NCBI GenBank assembly: GCA_026129095.1
Contig: JAHCIT010000006.1
Location: 190,235 to 254,234, forward strand
DNA: 64,000 nt
Origin: Deltaproteobacteria bacterium
GTDB lineage: Bacteria > JAGRBM01 > JAHCIT01
Direction: 5' to 3'
This document shows, piece by piece, positions 30,590 to 43,792 of this stretch; positions within the stretch are counted from its first letter, which is position 1; every line of letters begins with the position of its first letter. The translations under genes and the position numbers were made by a program. The notes beneath the pieces were generated by a model that saw only the letters and a program-made list of their open reading frames with translations, was not told the DNA's origin and did not search any database.

Positions 30590-31165
30590 TCAGGCCCGGG
30601 TCGAAACCCGCGCCCTGAACTTGAACTCCACGGACTTCCGTAGCCCGCTGGCCTTTGCTGAGGCAGTTTTGGGATCGCCTTCGCTTTCCTTGAGCTCGGG
30701 CGCATCTACCGATTCAAACGTCGGCTGCTCACGAAGGCGATTGATGAAGTCGATGACCGTCGCGCTTTCGTCGGCAACACCGGTAAGTGTCAGCGAATTG
30801 TCTTTCTGGGTGAACCCCGTAAGCCACAGCTTTGTGGGCTTGATCCGGGAAATATCCGACATGATCCGCGCCGGACCCGTGCGGGCATTAACCAGCTTCT
30901 CAATGGTTTCCTGCCGCGACTTCAGCACTTCCCGCTGCTTCTTGAACTCTTCGATTTCCTTTTCGACCGGCTTCAGAACTTCCAGATTCCTGGTGTGACT
31001 CTGTATCTTCTTCTGCCAGTCATCGCGTTCCGAAGTGATCTGGGCAACCCGGTAAATCCAGATCGTGAGCGTCAGGAAAACCACCAGGGCAAAGATTGCC
31101 AGCTCGGAGCGGAGCTGAAGCTCGCGCTTGGATATGCGAGGGGGGATAAGATTGATCTTGATCAT
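30590..31165 (-). CDS. pilN: Type IV pilus assembly protein PilN
   Basis: MIKINLIP, TM, coiled coil, P..LWLT. Confidence 0.92.
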   Translation of the reverse strand: MIKINLIPPRISKRELQLRSELAIFALVVFLTLTIWIYRVAQITSERDDWQKKIQSHTRNLEVLKPVEKEIEEFKKQREVLKSRQETIEKLVNARTGPARIMSDISRIKPTKLWLTGFTQKDNSLTLTGVADESATVIDFINRLREQPTFESVDAPELKESEGDPKTASAKASGLRKSVEFKFRARVSTRA

Positions 31166-32238
31166 TTGTCACCCACCCGCCGCATGGCCAGCCCGACCGA
31201 TACGGACATCTGGGCCGCATCCCGTTCCAGAGCCGCAGCGTCAAACTCCTTTTCGGAGTAGATGATGGAGTTAAAGGGATTCACAAATTCACAAGGGATG
31301 CTGAGGCGCTCCTGCAGGAGACGAACCAGCCCCGGAGTCTGCGAAGCGCCGCCCGACAGGTATATCTTGGAAATGGTCTCGTCAGTCGCCTGTCCAATGA
31401 AGTAGTCCACTGACTTCTGGATTTCCGTCACGATCTGCTCGCCAACGCCGGCAATGATCGACTCTACTTCCTGGGGGATCACCTCGTCAGAGGCCTCATC
31501 CGCCCGCTTGCCGATCTTGAAGGCCTCGGCCTCGGAATAAGAGACATTAAGCTGCTTCTGGATCTCCTCGGTGAGAAGATTGCCGCCGATTGCCGCGTCA
31601 CGCGTAAAAACGCTGCGGCCGGACTTGAGAACGTTCAGATTCGTCACGGCCGCCCCCACGTCCACCAGCGCGACGATCTCGCCTTCGGCCAACTCGTAGT
31701 TGGCGCAGAACATGTTCTCGATCGAAAACGCATCGTGCTCGACCACCTCGCAGGCATAGCCCGCCTCGGCAATTACCGTTGCGTAGTCATTCACCATGTC
31801 CCGCTTGGCAGCGACCAGAAGCACGTCCATCTTGCCCTGTGAATCGGCTTCCTTGCTCAGTATCTCAAAGTCGATGTTCACGTCGTTGATATCAAACGGG
31901 ACGTACTGTTCGGCCTCGAACTGGATTGACTCACGGAGAGTTTCCGCAGTCATGAACGGCACCTGGATGATCTTGATGATAACGGAGTTGCCGGAAATCG
32001 AGGTGGCACAACCCTTCAGCTTAGGCTTGATCTCGGCCAGAAGCTCAGTGATCACTTCGCTCACGGCAGCACCGTTCATGATCGCCCCGTCGACAATACA
32101 TTCGGATGGAAGCTCCCGGACGCCGTACTTGACCAGCTTCCAGCCCTTCTTGGCCGGTTTCAGCACACAGGCCTTCACCGAGTGCGACCCGATATCCAGG
32201 CCGATCAGCCGCTTTTCGCCGCCAAACAAGCTGATCAC
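31162..32238 (-). CDS. pilM: Type IV pilus assembly protein PilM
   Basis: IGLDIGSHSVK, EAEQYVPF, LVDVGA, LSGGAS, NPF, VGLAMR. Confidence 0.95.
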   Translation of the reverse strand: MISLFGGEKRLIGLDIGSHSVKACVLKPAKKGWKLVKYGVRELPSECIVDGAIMNGAAVSEVITELLAEIKPKLKGCATSISGNSVIIKIIQVPFMTAETLRESIQFEAEQYVPFDINDVNIDFEILSKEADSQGKMDVLLVAAKRDMVNDYATVIAEAGYACEVVEHDAFSIENMFCANYELAEGEIVALVDVGAAVTNLNVLKSGRSVFTRDAAIGGNLLTEEIQKQLNVSYSEAEAFKIGKRADEASDEVIPQEVESIIAGVGEQIVTEIQKSVDYFIGQATDETISKIYLSGGASQTPGLVRLLQERLSIPCEFVNPFNSIIYSEKEFDAAALERDAAQMSVSVGLAMRRVGDK

Positions 32239-32274
32239 GGTGTCATTACCTCCACGCTCGTTCCAGCCGCCATC

Positions 32275-32541
32275 TCAGGCCGCATCTTCCTGGTCCGCGA
32301 ACACCTTGTGGCGTTCAGTGAGTTTCAGGCCAAGTGCAAGAATTACCTTGCGCTTGGTATCCATGCGGCAGTCGTGTCCCGCTTCGATACGGTCAATTGT
32401 AAGCGAACTGACACCCGCTCGGCGAGCCAGTTCCGCCTTTGACATCAGCAACGCTTCCCGCAACTTGCGAACATTGTTGCGGGAAAACGGAAACTTGTGA
32501 CGGGAGGGCTCGCCCCCCAGGGCGCTATTTACTTGAGACAT
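32275..32541 (-). CDS. Small XRE/Cro-type HTH protein
   Basis: NNVRKLRE..LMSKAELARRAGVS.LTIDRIE.G. Confidence 0.85.
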   Translation of the reverse strand: MSQVNSALGGEPSRHKFPFSRNNVRKLREALLMSKAELARRAGVSSLTIDRIEAGHDCRMDTKRKVILALGLKLTERHKVFADQEDAA

Positions 32542-32592
32542 AGCTGCGCTCTGCTTTACTCGTTATCCGAGAAAGGTGTGGGGGGAAGGTGA

Positions 32593-32624
32593 GTGAATTA
32601 TGAATCATTCACGGGAACTGTCAA
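32593..32624 (-). promoter_or_regulatory. Sigma70 promoter of the XRE-pilMNOPQ operon overlapped by a palindrome
   Basis: Minus strand TTGACA-N16-CATAAT; GTGAAT-N8-ATTCAC at 32593-32612. Confidence 0.6.
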
Positions 32625-32738
32625 GAAAAGAAATGCCTTTGACCGTGAATTTCGCACTTAAAGAAGTATAATTATCTATAGTTTACCCTCATTCACATAT
32701 ATAAATGACAAGAAAACAAACCGAAAAAATACGTTTAA

Positions 32739-32751
32739 TATCAACAAGTTA
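32739..32751 (+). promoter_or_regulatory. IHF-like binding site
   Basis: TATCAACAAGTTA matches WATCAANNNNTTR in an AT-rich divergent intergenic region. Confidence 0.5.
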
Positions 32752-32866
32752 AACCTTATCAGACATCGCGAGTGAACCGCCAATGAGAGTTAATAACCCC
32801 CTGAATCGCACCGGATTATTTTTTGAGATAATGCGAAAGTTGTCCTCACATCTCCAGTAAGGAAAT

Positions 32867-34888
32867 ATGCCCTCCGTGAACACAAGAATACTCTGGATCG
32901 GGCTCTCTGGCCTTCTGCTCCTGCTGATAGCGGGCACCTTGCTCATGCTGGGCACCACTGATGACGAGACCGGCAGCAAATCTTCCAGCGCCCGGACCGC
33001 GGAAGAACAGGAGGCCGGCCGCGGCCCTGCCAGCCGCTCCAGCCGTGGCCCTGCCTATCGCGGCGAACTTCCGGGGGGGGCCCGGCCGGGAGGTTTTTCA
33101 GCAACTGGTCCAGCAGAAACCGATGCCCGGATGGTCTACGAGACTGCCATGCAGACGTGCCAGACCGTCGTTCAGAATGAACGGTCGGCATTCGTCCCCG
33201 ACTGCAATCTTGAAAATGCGATTCGCCCCCGCGGAGACATGGCCAGCGCGAGCGTGGCCATCCAGCGCGCGTTAGATCTGCATCCGGACAGTGCAGATGC
33301 CCAGCGGTGCAAGGGGGAACTGCTCCGACTGCAGGGCGACATCAATGGCGCCACCGGCCTGCTGGAAGAATCTGCGCGGAGCAACCCCTCGGATCCCGCC
33401 ACGTTCCAGAGCCTTGGGGAGGCGCTTTCAAAACAGGGCCGCACCGATGAGGCGCTGGATGCATTCCGCCGGGCAGCCCGTCTGGATTCCCGAAACCCCG
33501 AGCCGGAGCTGGCCCAGGCGCGGCTGCTTCAAATGCTGCGTCAGCATGCGGAGGCCGAAGAAGCCTTCCAGAGGGCGCTGGATCTCGATCCCGAATCGGC
33601 CGAGGCACTAAACGGATTGGCCGCCATCTCCATGGCAGGTGGCAAGCCCCAGGTCGCACTGGATTACCTCTTCAAGGCAATAGACGCGAAGCCCGACAAC
33701 CCCGATGCCTACAGCAATATCCGTAAACATGGACTTTACGCTCCGGCACGAAGACGGCTGGATACGCTTGCAACCCTGCTTCGTGAGGCCGCCGCCAAAA
33801 ACCCCGGCGATGCAGATGCCCAGCATCGCCTCGGACGGGTTCTTCTTGTCCAGGATAAACGCGAAGAAGCGGTAGCCCATCTCAGGAAATCTGTTGAGCT
33901 GGCTCCAAACTTCGCCTGTGCATATGTAAATCTCGGTTCCGCCTTGCTCGCTGCCGGCAAATCCGGCGATGCCATGGAGATATATCGCAAGGCGGCCGAG
34001 ATGGATCCCTCCATCGCCGAACGTTATCCCGAAATGCAGCGGATGCTCACCCATCAGGAAACCCGCGAAGACAAGCTGGCCGAGGCACGCCGGAAAGCCG
34101 AGGCAAGCCCTGGAGACCCCGCCATCCAGAACGAGCTGGGCCTTGCCCTGCGGGCGGCCGGAAAGTTTGACGAAGCGATGGACGCGTTCCGGAAAGCAGT
34201 CGAACTGGATCCAAAGAATATCGGCGCACAGAACAACCTCGGCAATGCACTCCTCAGCAAAGGCAAATTCGCCGATGCAGAAGCTGCCTTCCGGGCTGCC
34301 ATCGAAGCCGATCCCCGGAACGTCGAGGCGCTCGCCAACTTGGGCAAGACATACAACATCCTCGGTAAACGGGCTGAAGCCGAAGAGGCGTTCCGGAATG
34401 CACTCAATAACGACCCCACCAATGGCTCTGCGCTCGCCGGGCTTGCTGATGCCCAGCGTGCCAGCGGCAAGCTGGGTGATGCCGTGGAATCCTACCGGGC
34501 CGCAATCCAGAACAATGCCAATGATCTCAGCTCACGCTTCAATCTTGGCAATACGCTGGACCAGATGGGCAACTTCAACGAAGCGGTGCGCGAATGGAAC
34601 TCCCTGATCGAGAAACATCCGAACTTCGCTGAAGGATACTCTGCCCTCGGACAAAGCCTCGAAAAACAGGGCAACTACCGGGAAGCGATCGACGCCTACC
34701 GCCGGGCGATCGAACTCCGTCCTTCGAACCCCTATAACTACCGGAATCTGGGTTCTGCCTTGGCTGGCCAGGGTCAGACCGCTGAAGCCCGCGAAATGTT
34801 TGAGCGTTATGTGAAGTTTGCGCCCAATGAAACGGCCGAAACACAGCGGCGCAGGGAAGTGGAAAGGATACTGGGTGGAGGGCAGTGA
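32867..34888 (+). CDS. Membrane-anchored tetratricopeptide repeat protein
   Basis: N-terminal TM, then more than 10 TPR units (NLG.AL...G...EA...YR.A...P). Confidence 0.9.
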   Translation: MPSVNTRILWIGLSGLLLLLIAGTLLMLGTTDDETGSKSSSARTAEEQEAGRGPASRSSRGPAYRGELPGGARPGGFSATGPAETDARMVYETAMQTCQTVVQNERSAFVPDCNLENAIRPRGDMASASVAIQRALDLHPDSADAQRCKGELLRLQGDINGATGLLEESARSNPSDPATFQSLGEALSKQGRTDEALDAFRRAARLDSRNPEPELAQARLLQMLRQHAEAEEAFQRALDLDPESAEALNGLAAISMAGGKPQVALDYLFKAIDAKPDNPDAYSNIRKHGLYAPARRRLDTLATLLREAAAKNPGDADAQHRLGRVLLVQDKREEAVAHLRKSVELAPNFACAYVNLGSALLAAGKSGDAMEIYRKAAEMDPSIAERYPEMQRMLTHQETREDKLAEARRKAEASPGDPAIQNELGLALRAAGKFDEAMDAFRKAVELDPKNIGAQNNLGNALLSKGKFADAEAAFRAAIEADPRNVEALANLGKTYNILGKRAEAEEAFRNALNNDPTNGSALAGLADAQRASGKLGDAVESYRAAIQNNANDLSSRFNLGNTLDQMGNFNEAVREWNSLIEKHPNFAEGYSALGQSLEKQGNYREAIDAYRRAIELRPSNPYNYRNLGSALAGQGQTAEAREMFERYVKFAPNETAETQRRREVERILGGGQ

Positions 34889-34984
34889 AACCGCACGCTG
34901 CATTCGGGACTTCAGCTTCCGGTGAAGCATGGACTTTCCAGCAGTCAGCCGGTTCGCCGGGATTACCGGGTCATGCTGCTGCGG

Positions 34985-35452
34985 CTACTCTCCTCCACTG
35001 CCTCCAAAGGACAGCGGAAACACGGCCTTGGTCTCGCCTTTGGGAATCGGCTGGAACTTTGCCTTACCGGCCTTGGCAATAATTTCCTTCTCGAATTCCG
35101 GGTATTTGGAGAAATCGGACTCGGTAATCTTCACGTCCTTGACCGAACCGGCCGGAAGAATCGCGAACTCAAGGATCAGTCCGCCCTCGCCGGCCTTGCC
35201 CTCCGGCACGTGACGCTTGTGCGCGGCCTTGAAGAGCGGCGTGTAACGCCGCATCACGGCGTTGACCGTGGCAAACCCGCGAAGCTCGTGGCTTGCACCC
35301 TCCCCCGACACGCCCGGTTTTTTGCGGTTCGAGGCATTTTTTGCCGTCGGCCGGGGTTTTTCCGGACGCCCTTCGTCCTGCGCCCGAAGGGCAGCCGGGG
35401 CCGCCAGAAAACAGATTACAGCAACTACATTCAGAAAGCGTGCGATATTCAT
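34985..35452 (-). CDS. Exported AgmX/PglI-type (TonB-C-like) domain protein
   Basis: Signal peptide; G.LILEFAILPAGSVKDVKI.ESDF...F...P.G...VFPLSF. Confidence 0.6.
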   Translation of the reverse strand: MNIARFLNVVAVICFLAAPAALRAQDEGRPEKPRPTAKNASNRKKPGVSGEGASHELRGFATVNAVMRRYTPLFKAAHKRHVPEGKAGEGGLILEFAILPAGSVKDVKITESDFSKYPEFEKEIIAKAGKAKFQPIPKGETKAVFPLSFGGSGGE

Positions 35453-35498
35453 GGCGGGGCAAGTTAGCGCGGATGGCGCATGAGGGGAAGTAATGCGC

Positions 35499-38381
<2,883 letters not shown>

Positions 38382-38437
38382 GGGACGTTGGGTTAGCCCA
38401 TTGCGGCGGGGGCGCCAACTGGAGCAAACTTGCGCCC

Positions 38438-39187
38438 CTAGAACAGCTTGTCGGCGAACCACCCGGTCACGTAGCCAAGCCGGGGAAGAATATGGGTAAG
38501 CCAAACCAAGGTGTCGTGGAGAAGCACGATCCCGAGATAGCAAATGGCGAGGACGGCAAATGCCCGCCGGGGCATTTCGTCCCAGACGAACTTTTCCTTA
38601 CCCATGAGAATGGACACGAACGGGAACCAGTGAACCCGTTTCTGGTACGTGTCGAACTCCTCACCCCATTGTGCCCGGACGCTCGGAGTCTCAAATACCC
38701 AGACACCGATAATGTTGTATGCCAAAAGCCCTACTGACCAGATGAGTGCGGCCGCATTTCCGAACACCAGTGTCTTGGCAACCAGGCACAAGAAAACCGC
38801 CACATAGAGAGGGTGCCGGGTGATCCGGTACATCCCCGACTGAATAAGGGTAAACTTTTCCGGAGGCCGGCCAAGCCCCCAGAATGACCGGCCCATCGGC
38901 GCCACTCCGGCAAGAAAGAACATGACCAGCCCCATCAGGATATAGATAAGGGGTTTGAACCAGGGTTCACCCCGGAAGTTCCAGAGCTGCGCGGTCTCCG
39001 GTCCCTTCTGGACGAGATACAGGATCGAGGCTCCGAACAGGAAGATGACTCCGAAATTGTAGAAAAACCGGTATCCGACCCACCCCATCAGCGGTTCCAA
39101 CCGGCTCTTGATGAACGGCCGGGGCCATAAACTCGACCAGACGGAGAACCCCAGGACATGGAGCGCCATCCCGAGATAGGGGTTCAT
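38438..39187 (-). CDS. NnrU/ICMT-like membrane protein
   Basis: Multiple TMs, [19 protein letters not shown]...PF. Confidence 0.7.
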   Translation of the reverse strand: MNPYLGMALHVLGFSVWSSLWPRPFIKSRLEPLMGWVGYRFFYNFGVIFLFGASILYLVQKGPETAQLWNFRGEPWFKPLIYILMGLVMFFLAGVAPMGRSFWGLGRPPEKFTLIQSGMYRITRHPLYVAVFLCLVAKTLVFGNAAALIWSVGLLAYNIIGVWVFETPSVRAQWGEEFDTYQKRVHWFPFVSILMGKEKFVWDEMPRRAFAVLAICYLGIVLLHDTLVWLTHILPRLGYVTGWFADKLF

Positions 39188-39547
39188 GGCAGTGTCGGCG
39201 GCGATGGAATCCAGCTTGGGCTCCTTGGAAACGGCTGGCCCTTCCGGGCCTGAGGTCCTGAGCAGTGGCGACTCTAGCCGATTTCCAGCCTGTAGATAGA
39301 GGTGAACAAACCTTCATCCACCCAAGGGGCCAAATTCGTTGACTTGTGCAGAGGCTTGTCGTTTAGTGGAGACGCAGGGGTTGCGGCAACGCGCCCGTAT
39401 CCGGACGACGGATGCAGGCGAGGGCATGACAGCCGCCAAGGTCGTCTTTTCTGGCCGTGTGGCGGCACAGAACTATCTCTCTTGCAGCAAGAAACCAGCA
39501 TCGTCCGTCTCATCACGACACCTTCAGCCGCGGGTGACCTGTCACTC

Positions 39548-40219
39548 ATGGATCTCGTTTCCGGCAGCACCGGTGTCGGCATTTTCGTACTGCTGATGCT
39601 GCTCGGCATCTCGGTCGTCTCCTGGGGAATCATTTTCCTCAAATGGCGCCAGATCCAGAGCGCCCGGCGCGATACCGCCAGTTTCATAGACCTGTTCTGG
39701 AAAGTCCGCGACCTAGACCGCCTGGGGCAGGCAATACAGGCGGGCGAGACCGGCGGTCCGGCGGCCCGTGTATTCAAGGCGGGCTATGGAGAACTTCTGT
39801 CTATGGGCGTCGGCGACGAAACCTCGCCCGCTGCCAAATCTCCGCAATGGTCGCCAAATCTGGAGCGCGCCCTGCAGCGGGCATTGAACGCCGAACAGAC
39901 ACGCCTCGAAAGCCTGCTGATTTTCCTCGCCACCGCCGGCAGCGCGTCACCGTTTATCGGCCTGTTCGGGACTGTCTGGGGGATCATGGCCAGCTTCCAC
40001 GCCATCGGACAGCTCAAGTCCGCGGACCTTGCCGTCGTTGCACCCGGTATCGCCGAGGCACTCATCGCCACCGCCGTGGGCCTGTTCGCTGCCATACCGG
40101 CAGTGATCGCCTACAACTTCCTGGGAACGAAGGTCCGGGTCCTGATGCGTGACCTGAACGGTTTCGGGGCCGATCTTCTCAACGCTATCCAGCGCCATTT
40201 CATCCGGAAGGGAAACTGA
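39548..40219 (+). CDS. tolQ: TolQ (MotA/TolQ/ExbB family)
   Basis: SPFIGLFGTVWGIM, VVAPGIAEALIATAVGLFAAIPAV.AYN; start uncertain. Confidence 0.92.
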   Translation: MDLVSGSTGVGIFVLLMLLGISVVSWGIIFLKWRQIQSARRDTASFIDLFWKVRDLDRLGQAIQAGETGGPAARVFKAGYGELLSMGVGDETSPAAKSPQWSPNLERALQRALNAEQTRLESLLIFLATAGSASPFIGLFGTVWGIMASFHAIGQLKSADLAVVAPGIAEALIATAVGLFAAIPAVIAYNFLGTKVRVLMRDLNGFGADLLNAIQRHFIRKGN

Positions 40220-40656
40220 TGGCGTTCGGCAGCACAGGCGGCAGTGACCAGGGCCCCATGAGCGATATCAACGTGACACCGCTGGTGGATGTCATGCTCG
40301 TCCTGCTGGTCATCTTCATGGTGACGGTACCGGCCCTGGTGGGTGGCGTCAGGGTAGACCTGCCCAAGACCCGTGAGGCGACACCGGCAGCAGCGAAAGA
40401 CGCAATCATTGTGTCTGTTACCCGCGGCGGCGAAGTATTCCTTGGACGCGAAAGCATCCGGCCCGACGGGCTGGCCGCCCATATCCGGACCCGCATGGGA
40501 AAAAGCCCCGGCCTCGACCCCACCGTTTATCTTCGTGCCGACCAGCGGACCCCATACGGCGAAGTCGTGAAACTGATGGCCATGCTTCGGGCCAACGGCA
40601 TCTCCCGGCTCTCGCTCATCACCGAGCCCGAGCAACTGGAAGGACCACCCCGGTAA
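40219..40656 (+). CDS. tolR: TolR (ExbD family)
   Basis: INVTPLVDVMLVLLVIFMV, RAD...YG.V. Confidence 0.92.
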   Translation: MAFGSTGGSDQGPMSDINVTPLVDVMLVLLVIFMVTVPALVGGVRVDLPKTREATPAAAKDAIIVSVTRGGEVFLGRESIRPDGLAAHIRTRMGKSPGLDPTVYLRADQRTPYGEVVKLMAMLRANGISRLSLITEPEQLEGPPR

Positions 40657-40657
40657 G

Positions 40658-41647
40658 ATGGCATCCGCCGCAGCCAGTACATTGGATGACGAGAGAGGCC
40701 TTGCCCGGTTTCTCACCGTCTCGGCCGCCGTTCATGCCGGAGCCATCCTGCTCGCACTGTTCAACCCCTGGAGCGAATACGGCACAGGAGCCCTAGCTAT
40801 TCCAGCCGGTGATACGGTGGAAGTAACCCTGACTGGCGTGCCGCCACTGCCGGCACCAGTACCGCGGGCGAGCGGCCCGGCCAGCGCCCTGCCCGGTCCG
40901 CCTCCACCTGCTCCGCCGCCACCCAAAACAGAAGCCGCCATTGCGCCCAGATCCGAGCCTCCTTCGGTAGACCAGGCTGCTATACCGCTCGAAACAAAAT
41001 CCCGGTCACTTGAGGACCGCAAGCGGCTCGAAAAGGCCGAGCAAAGCCAGAAATCCAAGGCAGCCGCCGTGCCGGCACCCAAGACTCCAGAACTGAAAAC
41101 GGCACCCACCGGCCCGGCAGAAACGCCGGAGAAATCCGCACGGTCAGAGCTGGAAGAGAAGCTCCGGCGGCAACTGGAAGAAGCCCGGCAAGCTATCGCC
41201 AAGGCAAAAGAGTACGGAACCGGTGGGAGCACGAACACCGTGGGCACGACACCGGCAGAACAATCACCCCAGTCACCCGGCCCAGCCGGAACGGGCGCAT
41301 CTGCCGGGGTGCAGTCGGGGCGATCGGGCAGTTCGCTGCTCGCCTCCGCAGACCGGGTGCAGCAGGGCATGTTTGACAGCTACCGGGCACAAATCATCGC
41401 TGCTGTCCGCGACAACTGGGATGTTCCGGCCTCGGTGAAAGGGTTGACCCTTGAGGCTGTCTTCCGGATCGAGCTTTCGCCCGACGGTGATGTGGCTGCC
41501 TCCCGGCTGGTCAAGAGTTCAGGAAACCGCGTATTCGACGACGCCGTTTCACGTGCCGTGGCCCGGGTAACGAACGTCGGCATTCCACCCGCCGGTTTCC
41601 CCAGATCCGTCAACATTGTCTTCGACAACCGCTCACTGGACCAGTAG
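40658..41647 (+). CDS. tolA: TolA-like protein (TM, Pro/Lys-rich linker, TonB-C-like end)
   Basis: SAAVH TM motif, Y...I...V..NW, SSGN..FD; located between tolR and tolB. Confidence 0.8.
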   Translation: MASAAASTLDDERGLARFLTVSAAVHAGAILLALFNPWSEYGTGALAIPAGDTVEVTLTGVPPLPAPVPRASGPASALPGPPPPAPPPPKTEAAIAPRSEPPSVDQAAIPLETKSRSLEDRKRLEKAEQSQKSKAAAVPAPKTPELKTAPTGPAETPEKSARSELEEKLRRQLEEARQAIAKAKEYGTGGSTNTVGTTPAEQSPQSPGPAGTGASAGVQSGRSGSSLLASADRVQQGMFDSYRAQIIAAVRDNWDVPASVKGLTLEAVFRIELSPDGDVAASRLVKSSGNRVFDDAVSRAVARVTNVGIPPAGFPRSVNIVFDNRSLDQ

Positions 41648-42955
41648 ATGATGCAAAATACCGCAGCCGGACTGCTTTTCCTGCTCCTCCTTTTGTACCC
41701 GCTTGCCTCCTTCGCGCAGGACGAGGAAACGATCCGGGTGTTCCGCCCCGGATTCAGACGAATCGGAATAGCCGTCGTGGATTTCACGACCGAGGACGTA
41801 CCGGCTGAAATGGGCCGCCAGATCACCCAGGTAATCCGGGATGACCTCGAATGGAGCGAGTTTTTCCGGGTACTCCCTGCCGACAAACATCCGAAAGGCA
41901 TGGGAGGGCCGTTGCCCGATGAGCAAAACTTTGCGGCATGGAAGCCCACCGGCGTCACGGCCTATATTCGCGGCATTGTCCGGGCCGATGAAGGCGAACG
42001 GGTGACCGTGGAAGCCCGGCTTTATGACGTCCGGCTGGAACAGTTCCGGACCGGCAAGCGGTATAACGCCCACGCCCGGAATCTCCGGCAGCTCGCCCAC
42101 CGGTTTTCGAATGCCGTCACCGAGGATCTCGCGGGAGTCGAAGGTATCTACACGACCAAGCTGGCCTTTATCTCGGACGAGACTGGATTACGCGAGCTGT
42201 TCCTCATGGATATTGACGGGCACAACCGGGAACAGATCACCCGGAACCGGTCGATTGCCGCCTCCCCGCGGTGGACCCCCGATGGCAAGGCCATCATGCT
42301 GGTATCCTACCGGCGCGGACGGCCTGACCTGTACAGGCTCGACCTGTTTGCACGCGTCCTGGACCTGTTCTGGGACCGGGGGGAACTGAACCAAGGGGGA
42401 ATCTGGTCCCCGGATGGGAAGCGGGCCCTCGTGTCCCAGTCGTCTGGGTCAAATTCGCAGATTTACCTGATCGAGGATGACGGAAACCGGGTCCGGCAAC
42501 TCACCACCGGGGCCGGACTCAACCTTTCCCCTACCTGGTCCCCGGACGGTGAGCGGATTGCGTTTGTTTCCGATCGGGCGGGTTCCCCGCAGATATATCT
42601 CATGGACTCGAATGGAAATGGCGTTCGGCGGCTCACAACCTATGGGAATTACAATACTTCTCCCGCCTGGAGCCCCCGGGGCGACCGGATCGCCTTCGTC
42701 CGGCGGGAATCCCGCGGGTTCAACGTCTATGTGGTGGGGACCGACGGACGGGACGAGGTGCTGATCTCCAAGGAAGGCGGTGCCAACGAAGACCCTACCT
42801 GGTCACCCCGCGGGGATTTTCTTGTCTACGCGTCGAAGCGAGCGAAGAATTACGACCTGATCCTCAGTGATGCCTTCGGGGAAAAACGCCGGATGCTGAC
42901 GAGAACCCCCGCTAACGAAATCCAGCCCGCCTGGTCCCCCCGGGATGTCCCGTGA
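41648..42955 (+). CDS. tolB: TolB beta-propeller protein
   Basis: AHRFSN, repeated P.WSPDG PD40 motifs. Confidence 0.93.
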   Translation: MMQNTAAGLLFLLLLLYPLASFAQDEETIRVFRPGFRRIGIAVVDFTTEDVPAEMGRQITQVIRDDLEWSEFFRVLPADKHPKGMGGPLPDEQNFAAWKPTGVTAYIRGIVRADEGERVTVEARLYDVRLEQFRTGKRYNAHARNLRQLAHRFSNAVTEDLAGVEGIYTTKLAFISDETGLRELFLMDIDGHNREQITRNRSIAASPRWTPDGKAIMLVSYRRGRPDLYRLDLFARVLDLFWDRGELNQGGIWSPDGKRALVSQSSGSNSQIYLIEDDGNRVRQLTTGAGLNLSPTWSPDGERIAFVSDRAGSPQIYLMDSNGNGVRRLTTYGNYNTSPAWSPRGDRIAFVRRESRGFNVYVVGTDGRDEVLISKEGGANEDPTWSPRGDFLVYASKRAKNYDLILSDAFGEKRRMLTRTPANEIQPAWSPRDVP

Positions 42956-43092
42956 CCCCGCAAATGGCCCCTGCTGGCTGTCAAAACCATTAAAACGGCG
43001 AAATGTGCTTCAGTTCACACATTAACTGTGGTACACGCGATATGCAGTCAGCACACATGTCTACAGTGCTGCGCTGAAGGAGCTTTCGAACA

Positions 43093-43695
43093 GTGATGAA
43101 GCGTTTCCAACTCGCCCTCGCACTCAGCACCCTCATGTTCGCCGCCGGATGCAAGAAGGATCCGCCACCAGACGAAAGCCAGAAGGCTGGCGCCCAGGCA
43201 CCCACCAAGGCCGGGCAACCGGGCAAGGCTGGCGCCGATGGCGTACAGGAAAGTGATCTCCCCGCTGGCAGCAGGAAGGGAACACTGGACGACAAGGGCC
43301 AGGTCCAGGAAGCCGCTGCCAAGGACGGCATGGACGGAGCGGGAAGCATCTCGGCTGCCGATGCCGATGCGGTCCAGGACATTTTCTTCGATTACGACCG
43401 GAGCGACCTGCGCCCCGAGGCCCGTGAGACCCTGAAAGTGGTCGCCGATCTCCTGAAGAAGCACAAGAACGCCAAGCTGACGATCGAAGGACACTGCGAT
43501 GCCCGCGGTACCGAGGAATATAACCAGGCTCTTGGCCAGAGACGTGCCGATTCGGCCCGTGCCTATCTGGCGAATCTGGGAATCACCCGGAGCCGCATCT
43601 CTACGGTTTCCTTCGGCGAGTCACAGGCAAACCAGAATGCCGAGACCGAAAGCCAGTGGCAGCAGGACCGCCGCGCAAAGTTCGTCTTCAAATGA
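43093..43695 (+). CDS. pal: Peptidoglycan-associated lipoprotein Pal
   Basis: Lipobox FAAGC, FFDYDRS, IEGHCDARGT.EYN.ALG.RRA, SFGE. Confidence 0.93.
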   Translation: MMKRFQLALALSTLMFAAGCKKDPPPDESQKAGAQAPTKAGQPGKAGADGVQESDLPAGSRKGTLDDKGQVQEAAAKDGMDGAGSISAADADAVQDIFFDYDRSDLRPEARETLKVVADLLKKHKNAKLTIEGHCDARGTEEYNQALGQRRADSARAYLANLGITRSRISTVSFGESQANQNAETESQWQQDRRAKFVFK

Positions 43696-43792
43696 GCGCG
43701 TTTCAGAGCGCCTGAGCGGCGCACCTGAAATCAGGGGCGTGAACCGGCAAGGGTTCGCGCCCCTTGTGTTTTCGGCTATGCTCATCGCGCCG

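Noticed and set aside
38382-38543. N-terminal extension of UvrA in the ORF track
   Set aside because: Overlaps the upstream gene; the conserved UvrA sequence begins at GTG38381
39302-39547. Long N-terminal extension or structured leader of tolQ
   Set aside because: Not protein-like and no convincing RNA motif; treated as an uncertain start
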